Assembly: GCA_000165345.1 (NCBI GenBank)
Contig: CM000431.1
Location: 352,001 to 416,000 of the forward strand
Reading direction: 5' to 3'
Length of the DNA stretch: 64,000 nt
Below are positions 52,820-63,415 of this stretch, piece by piece. The translations under genes and the position numbers were made by a program. Positions within the stretch are counted from its first letter, which is position 1, and each line of letters begins with the position of its first letter. Below the pieces are notes generated by a model. That model saw only the letters and a list, made by a program, of their open reading frames with translations, searched no databases and had not been told where the DNA came from.

Positions 52820-53803
52820 TTAGTTGGTCTTATTTGAATTTAAACCACATCTAGCAGAAATCATACACAATTGGCCAAGAAGTTTGTCTAATTGTAAGGG
52901 GGTGGCACAACCATCAAGCATGACAAAGTGGCATCTCCCGACCTCTTTTAGGTACTCCAAAATGGCCCTTTCAGGGAGTTGATATCTTTTCAATACATTT
53001 CTCATGGTAATGACAATATCAAGTGGTGAGTAACCCCCAATAAAAAGTTCTTCAACAATGGAGTGAGCTAATCTCCAGTTACATTTAACACAAGAGTCCA
53101 AAATACTCTTAATTTTCTCAGGAGAGGGAATGTCGGAGACTTTGAGTACATTATCTCTAGAAACCATAGAAAATCCATGGTAAGTTGCTTGGAGATTGTT
53201 AATTACAATTCTCATATCTCCATCTGCAGTAAATACAAGAGTGTCAATTCCAGAATCAACGTATGGAATGTTCTCCATCTTGATAATCTCAAATAATCTT
53301 TTTCTGATTTGTGCATCTGTAAGCTTTGAGTACCTAATAATTGCGCATCTACTTTGGATTGGCTCTATAATTTTTGTTGATTGATTACAAGCTAGAGCAA
53401 AACGGGTACTTTCTGAGTAAACTTCCATTAGTCTTCTGAGAGCTTGTTGTGCTGAGTCTGTCATACTGTCTACTTCGTCCAGTATTACAATTTTGTGCCT
53501 TCCTTCAGGTAAGTCAATTTTCTCTCTTGCAAAGCTCTTGATCTTATCTCTAACAACGTCAATTCCACGGTCGTCTGATGCATTTAATTCTAGAACAGCT
53601 CTACCATATTTACTTCCAAGCATTTCAGAAGCCAGACAGTGAATACTAGTAGTCTTTCCTGTTCCTGGAGGACCAGAAAGAAGTAGATTTGGCATATTAC
53701 CATGCTTGGCTAAGACTTTTAATCGAGTTAAAACCTCTTCATTACCAACCATTTCATCCAAAATCTTTGGACGATATTTTTCTATCCAAATTTGGGTTGA
53801 CAT
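52820..53803 (-). CDS. Replication factor C small subunit (human RFC2-like 40 kDa subunit), an AAA+ clamp-loader protein.
   Basis: The track M at 53830 is a TTG; the ATG is at 53803 ([13 protein letters not shown]). Walker A is [29 protein letters not shown] (human RFC2: [29 protein letters not shown]). The DEVD box is ILDEVDSMT, and SRC is in [10 protein letters not shown]. Confidence 0.85.
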   Translation of the reverse strand: [327 protein letters not shown]

Positions 53804-54049
53804 TTCCAATATCTGCTTGCTTTTTACCAACTTATTTCCCTAGCGTTTTATACTTGTATTTTTAAACAGCTATTGCTTCACCAGCCTATAGCTAAGTAAA
53901 ACTTTAACCTAATCCTATAAATCCCAATATACAACCAATGCAATCCCAATATAAATAATATATTCACTCACACCTTTCTTTGTTTCTTTTCCCCTTTATT
54001 TGTCATTTTCCTACTTGTAATATAAATACCACATAGGTACCTCACCCTT

Positions 54050-54254
54050 GGCGCCATTTATGCTGACTTTAAAAAAAAAATACTTGTAAATGAAATAAAA
54101 TCGATCAAAGCAGCAAGCAATCTATATCCCAAATTAGTTATCACTATAAATACAAGAATCAAAAGTTCTACTAATTTTATATTCACCCTTTTTTTACTTT
54201 ACAAATATTCATCAGAAATTTATTGACAAATTGGCGCCACACCAATTTGGCGGC
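54050..54254. promoter_or_regulatory. Three E2F-like elements in the divergent RFC / GAF-gene promoter: CTTGGCGCCATTTA (54047-54060) and AATTGGCGCCACACCAATTTGGCGGCACATTG (54229-54260).
   Basis: Seen in the sequence. Confidence 0.45.
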
Positions 54255-54651
54255 ACATTGTGGGGAGATTGTTTGAAAAAGAATGTTGAGCAGAAATTAT
54301 AAAGCTGGGTGAAAATACATTTTTTTTTTTTAAAAATTTCAATTCGTTCGAATACTGTGCAATATTTGAGTAAAAGGCAAGTTAAAATTACTCTGGCTGA
54401 TTTCTTTTCTAGACAGGAGCAACGGCATCAATGTATGTCTGACAGTGGTCTAAGGAAAGCAGGCAAAATAATAATCGTCAAGTTTTAAATGACTAATTAT
54501 TTAAATAATTATACGCACACAGTAAAATTTAAGCTCAGGATTGGTAGCCTTGACATTCTTCAATTTGGTTCTGTTTATTTCTCTCGATTTTCTCTTTTTT
54601 TTTGAAGCATTTGAATGTGAGCGCAAATCAACTATTTTTGCAAATTGTTAG

Positions 54652-56265
54652 ATGTTAAACATTCCAGAATTAAAGGAGACTTTATCTTGGGACGATATTT
54701 ATAGCTTATTTGAGTCAAGCCTAAGAATCAGCTCAAATTTGGATCCAAAGCTACTTGTTAATACAATTTTATGCGAATGTAGGAAAGTCATTAATTGTAG
54801 AGATTGTAATTTATTCATCTACGATTCTATTAACAATGTTTTCTACCATGGGTTTGACACAAGCAAGTATATAATATCTGACTCCCTGCTTAAGAAGGTA
54901 CTTATTACGAAAAAGTACGAAATTCTTGACGACTCAGATTCTGACAATTATCAACTAGAGAACAACCATGATATTAAGACAAGAAGATTTTCCAATAATG
55001 CTATTTATATTCCTATATATAATACTGAGAAAGAATCTCCAATAGCAGTTCTTGAGATTTTGGACAAATTCAAATTGAATAAAGACGGTATCGAAGTTAA
55101 GGATAGTTTTACCCAAATTGACATTATTAAATTAAGATGTATGTCCAGAGTATTCTCAATTTCAGTTATGAATTGTGAAAAGTACAGAGAAGTTAGAAAT
55201 ACTAAGGAAAAAGCTGACAATCTACTTAACCTTGTTCAATCTTTAAGACCAGATCTGGGACTTCAGTCTAACTTATTCACTCTCTGTATCCACGCTCAAG
55301 AAATCATCGAATCTGAGCATTGTATTGCTTTAATTGGGATTCCTGAGAGGCAACAAATCATATCTCTTATATCTGATACTGGGAATGAACTTCTATTTAA
55401 TTATGAGATTGGTGATATAATTCATAGAATTATCGAGACTAGGCACTCTCTTATTATACAGAATACTGGAGATGATAACAAGCCACGTTTCGAAAATAGA
55501 CTCGTTGAATGTTCATGCAGCTCAATTAGAATTGTGATAGGAAGCAGCTCTGTATCAACGAGCAATGATGATCAATTTATTCGCCTCCTACAAAAAGTGT
55601 ATGGAGGTGAAAAACCAATCTATAACGCTTTAGTATTCCCAATTTATGCAGAAAGGGACAATTGGTCATGTATCCCGACCCCCAGCCAAAGGATCTCATC
55701 CATTTCTTCTCTTTCATCAGCCTTCTCATCATTTGAAATTGGACATGATTATGATGATTTAGTATCAGTTTCACCCAGAAACAATTCAATTCTGAACTCT
55801 TCAATCATTTCCTCCAGTATCGTTGCCCCTGGCTCTCCAAAATCGGATAGAGTTGGGAGAAGCAGCTTAGTTGCTCAAACTCATACAAATACAAGATCTT
55901 CATCTTTATCTCCAAGCAATCAGTTTTCCCAGAGTAACAACACCCAGGCAATTTCTCTTATTGTACTTATTAATAGATTAGGCGTTTTCAAAGAAAAATC
56001 CAAATTTACTGAAAATGATGTCAGGCTTCTCGAACCATTTGGCAGAATTGTTGCTCCAAATATAGGTACTTTGTTCCAAACATCTTTATTTTCTTATCTT
56101 CAAACAATTTACAATACTGACAGAAATATCAGCTTTAATAAGTATCAAGACAAGATGCCACAAGATCCCCCTTCATTCGCATTTCCTCATAGCAACTGGA
56201 AAAACAGACACTCTGATGTAATTTTCGAGGAGGATGAGGACGGAGCTAAAGACTTAGAGAAATAG
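54652..56265 (+). CDS. Hypothetical protein with GAF-like fold region(s) and a Ser-rich low-complexity segment.
   Basis: ATG at 54652. The N-terminal ~160 aa (LLVNTILCECRKVINCRDCNLFIYDS...PIAVLEILDK) have a GAF-like pattern. A second similar block runs around residues 200-300. The domain call is by pattern only. Confidence 0.45.
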   Translation: MLNIPELKETLSWDDIYSLFESSLRISSNLDPKLLVNTILCECRKVINCRDCNLFIYDSINNVFYHGFDTSKYIISDSLLKKVLITKKYEILDDSDSDNYQLENNHDIKTRRFSNNAIYIPIYNTEKESPIAVLEILDKFKLNKDGIEVKDSFTQIDIIKLRCMSRVFSISVMNCEKYREVRNTKEKADNLLNLVQSLRPDLGLQSNLFTLCIHAQEIIESEHCIALIGIPERQQIISLISDTGNELLFNYEIGDIIHRIIETRHSLIIQNTGDDNKPRFENRLVECSCSSIRIVIGSSSVSTSNDDQFIRLLQKVYGGEKPIYNALVFPIYAERDNWSCIPTPSQRISSISSLSSAFSSFEIGHDYDDLVSVSPRNNSILNSSIISSSIVAPGSPKSDRVGRSSLVAQTHTNTRSSSLSPSNQFSQSNNTQAISLIVLINRLGVFKEKSKFTENDVRLLEPFGRIVAPNIGTLFQTSLFSYLQTIYNTDRNISFNKYQDKMPQDPPSFAFPHSNWKNRHSDVIFEEDEDGAKDLEK

Positions 56266-56412
56266 GGTATATTTTTTCTAATGAATTCGACGTTTCTTAT
56301 CTCATTTATATAGATTAAGACTAATGTTTATTTTGAGGCGCGATAAACATCTAAATAGAGCTTTAACTTTGAATTTTTTTGAAGTAGATTATTCACTATC
56401 AATTAATATAGC

Positions 56413-57357
56413 CTATTTGATTCTCCCAACATTCCTCTTTAAGTTGGTTTGATATGGGACACCCTGAACCTGAATCTGAGTCTGATTTGAATTTGATATT
56501 TGTTGTCTTTTTTGACAAACCTTAGCAGAAGTCAAAAATAACTGATAATTGTATAATTGGTTTAAGAAGCCTGGATTTGGCGCCACATAGGGCCTAGACA
56601 ACTTAATTAGATTTAAAGCTTGTAAAGAGCTAATCCCTAGTTCTCTCATTAGAAAGGCCGTACAAATTGTTGGAGCTCTGCTAATACCAGCAGCACAATG
56701 TATGTAGACATTATTAGGTCTTTCCACAGTAGATTGAGATAGTGCATTGTGAATAAAATCAAAAGATGAGGAGAAATATTTACTAATATCTTCAAATGGA
56801 GTATCATAAATAGGGATATTCAAATACAAAAATTCATTTGGAAACTTGCATGCACCCTGTAGACAACATACAATGTGAGTAATTCCAAGGTCCTTAAGTT
56901 TTTTTAAATCATTTGCTACAGTGCTTCCTCCTAAGAAAATTCCAGGAATAATCCTTTGGGCTCTGTGAAGATCCAAATTCTCTTTATTAGAATACTGGAC
57001 CTCTTTTTGAAGGATATCCCTGAAACCCAAACGATTGATTGAGCTGATGATAGTCCTCATATTACTTTCAACTTTCTCTTCATAATCTTCAATTGTGCTT
57101 TTTGGAGAAGTTACAAGTGCTCCATACAAGCTAATAACTTGGTCTAAAGAGCATATTAAGCTTATTGTTTCTTGTATCTGCATCCCTTTCATAGGCTCTG
57201 GCGTCTTTCTTTTCAACTGATGGAGAATGCGTAAAGCTGCAAAATAAAAGTTTACTCTCTCTGGTAAAATTAATTCTGATTCAGTTGAACCGCTGATATT
57301 CTCAACAACTGCCATCCTCTCAGATCTTTTATCTATTAGTCTCTTCAAGGCCTCCAT
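56413..57357 (-). CDS. Dual-specificity protein phosphatase (DUSP).
   Basis: ATG at 57357. The active-site loop VYIHCAAGISRAPTICTAFLM fits the HCxxGxxR signature. A general-acid Asp lies upstream (IPIYDTPFEDI). Confidence 0.8.
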   Translation of the reverse strand: MEALKRLIDKRSERMAVVENISGSTESELILPERVNFYFAALRILHQLKRKTPEPMKGMQIQETISLICSLDQVISLYGALVTSPKSTIEDYEEKVESNMRTIISSINRLGFRDILQKEVQYSNKENLDLHRAQRIIPGIFLGGSTVANDLKKLKDLGITHIVCCLQGACKFPNEFLYLNIPIYDTPFEDISKYFSSSFDFIHNALSQSTVERPNNVYIHCAAGISRAPTICTAFLMRELGISSLQALNLIKLSRPYVAPNPGFLNQLYNYQLFLTSAKVCQKRQQISNSNQTQIQVQGVPYQTNLKRNVGRIK

Positions 57358-57429
57358 TTATTATTTAATTTCTCAACAAACATTTAAAAAAAAACCTTTA
57401 AGTCAATAATTCAATAATGCACACAAGTA

Positions 57430-57440
57430 CCCGCCAAAAG
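57430..57440. promoter_or_regulatory. CCCGCCAAAAG about 75 bp upstream of the DUSP gene.
   Basis: Seen in the sequence. Confidence 0.35.
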
Positions 57441-57749
57441 TCTTAGAAAAATTATTATTGACTTTTATAGAGAGAAATATATTGTATATATATTTTGTGG
57501 CATATTTAATGATTAAAACATACATATTTAGTATTTGAGTTTCTTATATTAGTGCTATACTATGCTTCGTGTTCTTCTGACTTAATTTTGTATTAATTTT
57601 CCGTTCAAAAATTAACTATTACAGTCTTGAAGTCAGTTTATTTTTTAATATAGACTTGAATTTTTATATTAGCCTTACTTTACAAAGAAATCTGAGAGGT
57701 AAATGCACATATTTGTAGTATATATGGTAAAATGTACAAAATAAAATTG

Positions 57750-57770
57750 CATGTAGTTGGCGCCAATACA
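57750..57770. promoter_or_regulatory. ATTGCATGTAGTTGGCGCCAATACA composite element about 250 bp upstream of the PP2C gene.
   Basis: Seen in the sequence. Confidence 0.45.
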
Positions 57771-58015
57771 TTCCCCACAGTTTGCGAAACAAAAAAAAAG
57801 GTAGGGAAACAAATTCTTCTGGAAGAAAATAATTATCAATTATTTCAGTTTTCCAAGGGGTTGAGTTATAGGGGGAATCTTGGTTTTAGCTCAAGGAGGA
57901 ATATAAAGTTCCATTATTTTGAGTAGAATCTTAAAGAAGGTTGTTAGAAAAGCTGAGTTACAGAATTTAGTTAAGAAATCAACTTGAGTATATTTTTGTT
58001 AGTTAGTATTCAAAA

Positions 58016-59843
58016 TATGTTTAGAGATAAAGTAAGAACATTCTCATCAGGAAGAAGATTTGCATGCCAAATGAAATCCTTTTTGAAAAATAGAAGGTGC
58101 ATTTCAGGATGTGCCACAGCTTTTTTGGCGGGAGGCTTGTCTGCATGGCTTTATTTGGACTCCAGAGAAAAACCAGAAAGTTATTTTTTTAACAAGCTAA
58201 AGAGTTCATATAAGGTTGGATGTGCATCTCAAGAAACTTCTAACAAGTTATTTCACCAGAAAATCTTGAATCAAAATCTATCATTGAAAACTGAAAAGTC
58301 TAATTACGTTGAGTTGATTGGAGAACAAGGACCAGTAAAAAGTATGGTTTTAGGCTCTGAAGGAACATCAGCAAAGATTTCAATTTCAGCTATTCAGGTG
58401 AATGCAAATAACCCAATAGAAGACAGGTTATTGATACAAAGGATGAGGCTCAATTTACCAGGAGGGGAAAATAAAGATTTTGTGATTTCAGCAGTAATTG
58501 ATGGACATGGAGGGTGGCAAGTTGCAGAGTATGTCCAAAATAACTTTATAAGGATATTTCAGAAAGAACTTTCTCAATATATGTCTTCTCTAGTGAGAGA
58601 GGGAAGTGCTAATGAAAGTAATCCAATTTCTCAAATAAATGAAACTGATATAATAGCCGGACTTTTTTACTCACTTAAAAAGACATATTATATACTAGAT
58701 GAGGAACTGAAGAGTAAATTGGAAGTTGCTTATAATCTTGGATTTTCTAAGTTAGCCTCAGTAGGAGCATGTACAACTGTTTCAATCATTACAGAAGATG
58801 CAATTCTTACAGCCAATTCTGGAGATTGTCTCTCCGTTTATTGTAATGAGAATGGGATCTGGCTCCCTTTAAATGAGCAACTTTCAGCAATGAATCCCCA
58901 AGAACAAAAAAGACTTGAGGAGATTCACAAGCATGAGAAGGATAACTTGATTCAATGTAAACAGATTCTTCATGAAAAATTTCTTATGGGACTTTATACC
59001 ATTCCGAAGTATAGGGGTTGCTATGTCAAAGGGATCTTACAGCCATCTAGGGCAATTGGTGACTTTAGACTAAAATCTATGGATTTCAACTATAACTGGG
59101 AGAAAGATCTAAGCACAGAAAAACTTTTACCTACATTTTCATATGTACTTAAAGACAAAGAGAGTGAACAATCTAAAAAAGAACAACACCGAGAAAATGA
59201 AGATCTGAATGAAGATGAGTTTCCATATTCATATGACCTAATTAATGGAAATAATTCAATCAATATGAGACGAGACAGTTATAGATACTTTGTAAAGAAT
59301 CCATTGAGCTTTCCTTATGTAAGATCTGAGCCAATGTTACATCTTTTCTTTTATAACTCTTTGAATAAGAATTTGAGTTCAACAGATAACACTAGTGTTG
59401 AGAAGATCTCTCCAAATGAATACTCTTTAACACCAGTACATACAAATTCTTCCCTTAAAGTTGAATATATTACTCCGGAATATAAGCACCTACCTATTTC
59501 GGAGTATTCAAACTCGAACGAATTTATCAGAGATTTCACTTTATCCAAAATAAGAAATGCATATTCTTACATTCAAAATCCCATGAATTCATCCAAAAAA
59601 AGTTTTCTTGTGCTTGGAACGGATGGAGTTTGGGACTTTTTAACTCCGAAAGATGTTACAAACGTCATATTAAACTCCAAATCAGTAGAGGATGGAGTAA
59701 GAAGAATCCTTAAAAAAGTTTTGAATAATGCAGGAATAAACAGCATTGAAAAACTCAAAAGTTTACCCAAAAAAAGAAAGGTATTTGATGATACTAGCAT
59801 TGTTCTAGCTGAGATCACCCCAAATAAACATGACAATGACTGA
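58016..59843 (+). CDS. PPM-family Ser/Thr protein phosphatase (PP2C) with a basic/hydrophobic N-terminal extension.
   Basis: The track M at 57984 is a TTG; the ATG is at 58016 (MFRDKVRTFSSGRRFACQMKSF...). PP2C motifs are VIDGHGGWQVAEYV, CTTVSIITED...NSGDCLSV and LVLGTDGVWDFLTPKDV. Confidence 0.8.
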
Positions 59844-59858
59844 GCCTGAGATACTGAT

Positions 59859-60269
59859 TCATAATGCATCATCTTCCTTACTACCTCTTGATCTAATAGA
59901 ATTATTTATCCACTCATTCTTGGAGTCTCCATTTCCATTTATACTGTCTGAAACATGAAGGACTTTAAAAACGCCTTTGTTTAATTGACAAACTATCGAA
60001 ATTAACCTTCCTTTTTGGACGAGTTCCTCAATGAGTCCCCTATAAGTCTTTATAGTATCTTCATGGAAATTGTCACAGTTTGCATCATTCAGCTTGTCCT
60101 TGATTGAAACTCTAATATTGGAGGTTCCGTCATCCAACGTAATCATATCCAATTCTCCATCTTGATCTATCTCAACATCAACCACAAAACCGTGAATCCA
60201 ACAACAATCTCCATCTTCCAGAATCTTCTCTGGAACCTCGCAGATGAACATTTTTGGTGTGATTTTCAT
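59859..60269 (-). CDS. Small hypothetical protein, 136 aa, possibly an OB-fold-like beta protein; no confident family.
   Basis: ATG at 60269 (MKITPKMFICEVPEKIL...). It is 15 bp from the PP2C stop and convergent with it. Confidence 0.45.
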   Translation of the reverse strand: MKITPKMFICEVPEKILEDGDCCWIHGFVVDVEIDQDGELDMITLDDGTSNIRVSIKDKLNDANCDNFHEDTIKTYRGLIEELVQKGRLISIVCQLNKGVFKVLHVSDSINGNGDSKNEWINNSIRSRGSKEDDAL

Positions 60270-60537
60270 CGTTTCCCCTCTAATTTACACACAATTACAC
60301 ATGAAATTAACCTTTTCCTTTAGTCCTTGCTTTTATTATTTTAATAATGAGAGATTCTGTATATTAACTAAGTTATACAACAACTTTTGTACCTCAGCTC
60401 CATTTAGTCTGTAAGAAGAAATCTTTTGGAAAAAAAACTTTCATCTCATAATTTTTTTCTTGTAATTCTTTTTCGGTACCGTACCCACATGAGTTTGCCG
60501 CTCGTTTCTAATATTTCCAATAAAAATTACGCGTTTG

Positions 60538-60543
60538 GCGCCA
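60538..60543. promoter_or_regulatory. GGCGCC (ACGCGTTTGGCGCCAATTGTG) in the divergent promoter, about 270 bp from both the 60269 (minus) and 60812 (plus) start codons.
   Basis: Seen in the sequence. Confidence 0.45.
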
Positions 60544-60811
60544 ATTGTGAATTTAAAGATGAAATTAGAGTTAGAAAAAGGATAAATATTGAAATAGAAA
60601 AATCATTATGTAGATAATAATGATAAAAAGAGGAAGAACCGATTATTTGAGATAGAGGCAGAGTTTGCACACATTTACTAATTTTGCTTCATTCCTTTAG
60701 TTGGCGAGCTGAAGGTTAATAGAGGGTTAGATGGTTTAGACTCCAACTATTGTAAATAATAATATTAAGTTCGGGATTTCGAAATCGTTCGAGGGCAGAA
60801 CTAAAGTAAAG

Positions 60812-62238
60812 ATGGAGGTAAGTCTTTTTTTGAGATTGGCAATGCTTTATGTAGGGGATTACTTAACTTTCAAAATGTGTTATAGAATGAAAAAGAATAC
60901 CAAAAACTGGTATCTAAGTATAAGTATGTCTCTGATATTGTAAAGGAGATAATAAATCACTGCAATTCAAAGGTAGGTATAGTCTATAGACTAAGATCAA
61001 GATTTATTTTTGTTACTTATAATATTTTGATTTTTTTATTTCGTAATGCAGAAGTTTGCGACAAGTGATTTAAGCTCAATGATTGTTCTATTGGAAGATT
61101 TAGAACAGAAAGGTATTTTTGTTGAGGTAAGACTAATGAAGTAGGAGATTTTTTATTACAGAATACAGTAGAGCTTTTATATAACTCATCTGTTTTGTGT
61201 TTTCTATAGGATTCTGATATTGAGTTTGAGAGAAAAGTGTTAGGACTTCTAGAATTTGAAATGGAGACTATGTCGAGGGAGTACGAGCAGCTTAAGAATA
61301 GTATTTTAGAACTAGCAAATGGTATTTCGAATATATCTGAGAATAAGAATCTTCCAATTCTATTAAATATATTAATGGATGGAATAGGTGCTTACAATTC
61401 TATGATAAGTAGACAATCAAACTTTACGGATTCCATGCTAGAAATGTCATTTTGGTCGATTGAGTTGATGGACACTATTTATGCAACTAATGGAGGAATG
61501 ACGACTTTGTTAGATTATACTTTAGAAAAGATCCAAGACCAATTTCCATCAATATTGAATACTTTTGACGAAATAAATTACTTGGATAAATTTTCCACAA
61601 GGTATAAAATTTCAGAAATTTATAGAGGATTAGTTAGGTTAAACTTTGGACTTGACCAGAGAATTAAATCATTAGAGGAGATGATAAATAAGAGGCAGAA
61701 ATCCAGGAACAAATCAAAAGCTTGGGAATTATATAATAGAGAGGAGGTGTTATTGAAGATCAACAATTTAAGAGAATTATCAGATTTCCTAAAGTATGAA
61801 TTCATTTCTTTAATCAAAGATATTCTCTTTTTCTCAAAATACCTTGGAATAGATGATGAACATAATTCAGCGATTAATAGTAGCCATGAAACTGATACAG
61901 ATAGCATTAAAGGGAGCTATGATGACTTAATCTCTGAAATTGAGACAGTTTGCGAGATTTTCCAAAATGGACAGGTCCACAAAACAAGAGAAATAATGGA
62001 TAGGATCATATCAAATTTAGATGTAGAGGAATTTGAAGAAATACTTGGTGCATTTAACCTTTTGAATTGGCTCAAAGGTAGGGTTTCCATTTGTTTAGGT
62101 AGAAACCTTGAAAACAACATTGAAGAGATCTCAGCAATTTGCAGCAATAAACAACAAGAATCGAGCAGTAGCGACCTTGATAAAGATGATGAGAGACTAT
62201 TAAATCACCAGGAGACTCGGTATTACGACGAAGACTAA
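60812..62238 (+). CDS. Hypothetical four-exon gene. Exons 60812..60817, 60886..60972, 61052..61126 and 61210..62238, all phase 0. Helical, possibly coiled-coil protein.
   Basis: ATGGAG|GTAAGT micro-exon, then TTATAG|AAT...AAG|GTAGGT, then ATGCAG|AAG...GAG|GTAAGA, then TCTATAG|GAT joining in frame to the 61237-62238 ORF. Deduced N-terminus: ME-NEKEYQKLVSKYKYVSDIVKEIINHCNSK-KFATSDLSSMIVLLEDLEQKGIFVE-DSDIEFERKVLGLLEFEMETMSREYEQLK.... The choice of first exon is the least certain part. Confidence 0.45.
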
Positions 62239-62419
62239 AGTAGAAAAGAACAGAGAAAGATAAGGGGGAGAGAAAGAAAAAAGCCGTTACGTAATATATC
62301 GTTCATTCAAAGTAGAATGTATGCAAGCACCAGTATCATAGCCATTATAATACAGAATAATAGCTTTAGATGAATTAGGACCACGTCCTCTATTAATTGT
62401 TTTACATACAAAAATTTGA

Positions 62420-63415
62420 TTATATTGTCATTTCAACATTAATATTCTGAGTATTAGTATTTAACCATGGATGCTGAAGGGCTTCCAATGCAGTGATTCG
62501 CTTCTTAGGACAATATTGCAACAATCTGAATAACAGATCAACCCCAGCCTGATCAAGGTTTGGAAGAAGTGCATGGAGATTCAACTTTGGATTCACCTTC
62601 CACTGAGGAAATACGCTTTTATAGCAAGGAAGCTGAGTAACCCCTGGCCAATTACTCTCATTTGCAGTTCCAAGAAGCCTGAAAATATAAAATAAAGTAT
62701 CAATTTCACTGTCTCCCGGGAATATAGGCTTTCCAGAGATCATTTCTACCATAATACAGCCTACACTCCATAAGTCAACGCTACAATTATAACATCTTTG
62801 TCCAAGAAGAAGTTCAGGTGCACGGTACCATAATGTAACAACTTCGTGGGTATTTGGCTTTAAAGGAGGAGTAAAGGTTCTAGCAAGGCCAAAATCTGCA
62901 ATCTTAAGAGTGTTTCCTGAATCACTTAATAATAAATTTTGTGGTTTTAAATCACGATGTAAAATCCTTTTCCCGTGGCAGAAAGCCAAACCGCTGAGTA
63001 GCTGACGTAATAGAGACTTGACCTGGTTTATAGAAAGACCCTTTTTCCTGTTTAGTCTTAAATATCTTCTCAAGTCTGTCTCGCAATACTCAAAAATAAG
63101 CCATATCTGCATGCCCGTGCATGATACTTCCAGCAGCGCTACTATATTTGGGTGTTTTAACTCTCTTAATAGGACGATTTCTCTTATAGCTGTTGAAGGC
63201 AGTCCAACTTCATCCAATATCTCATCACTGTCAAACCTAATCTTTTTTAAGGCAACAACTTCCCCAGTATCTTTTCTTAAACCTTCCCAAACAATACCAT
63301 AAGTGCCTTCTCCAATCACTCTAACCATACTATAGTTTTTTTCTAGGCCTTGAGTATCTTCAAAAGTGCTTGTACATTCTGTTTGGCAGCCTACTGTGCT
63401 TGAGTGGACCTCCAT
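62420..63415 (-). CDS. Cyclin-dependent kinase (CDK1/CDK2-like, PSTAIRE class).
   Basis: ATG at 63415. GEGTYGIVWEG (Gly loop with T/Y), an exact PSTAIRE helix (GLPSTAIREIVLLREL), HRDLKPQNLL, DFGLAR, and T-loop THEVVTLWYRAPE. Confidence 0.9.
   Translation of the reverse strand: MEVHSSTVGCQTECTSTFEDTQGLEKNYSMVRVIGEGTYGIVWEGLRKDTGEVVALKKIRFDSDEILDEVGLPSTAIREIVLLRELKHPNIVALLEVSCTGMQIWLIFEYCETDLRRYLRLNRKKGLSINQVKSLLRQLLSGLAFCHGKRILHRDLKPQNLLLSDSGNTLKIADFGLARTFTPPLKPNTHEVVTLWYRAPELLLGQRCYNCSVDLWSVGCIMVEMISGKPIFPGDSEIDTLFYIFRLLGTANESNWPGVTQLPCYKSVFPQWKVNPKLNLHALLPNLDQAGVDLLFRLLQYCPKKRITALEALQHPWLNTNTQNINVEMTI

Noticed and set aside
7074-58016. Track start codons at 7074, 12668, 17730, 26160, 35417, 39831, 42069, 42816, 53830 and 57984.
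   Set aside because: These Ms are TTG codons (a bacterial-style alternative-start convention). For a eukaryote I moved each start to the first in-frame ATG.
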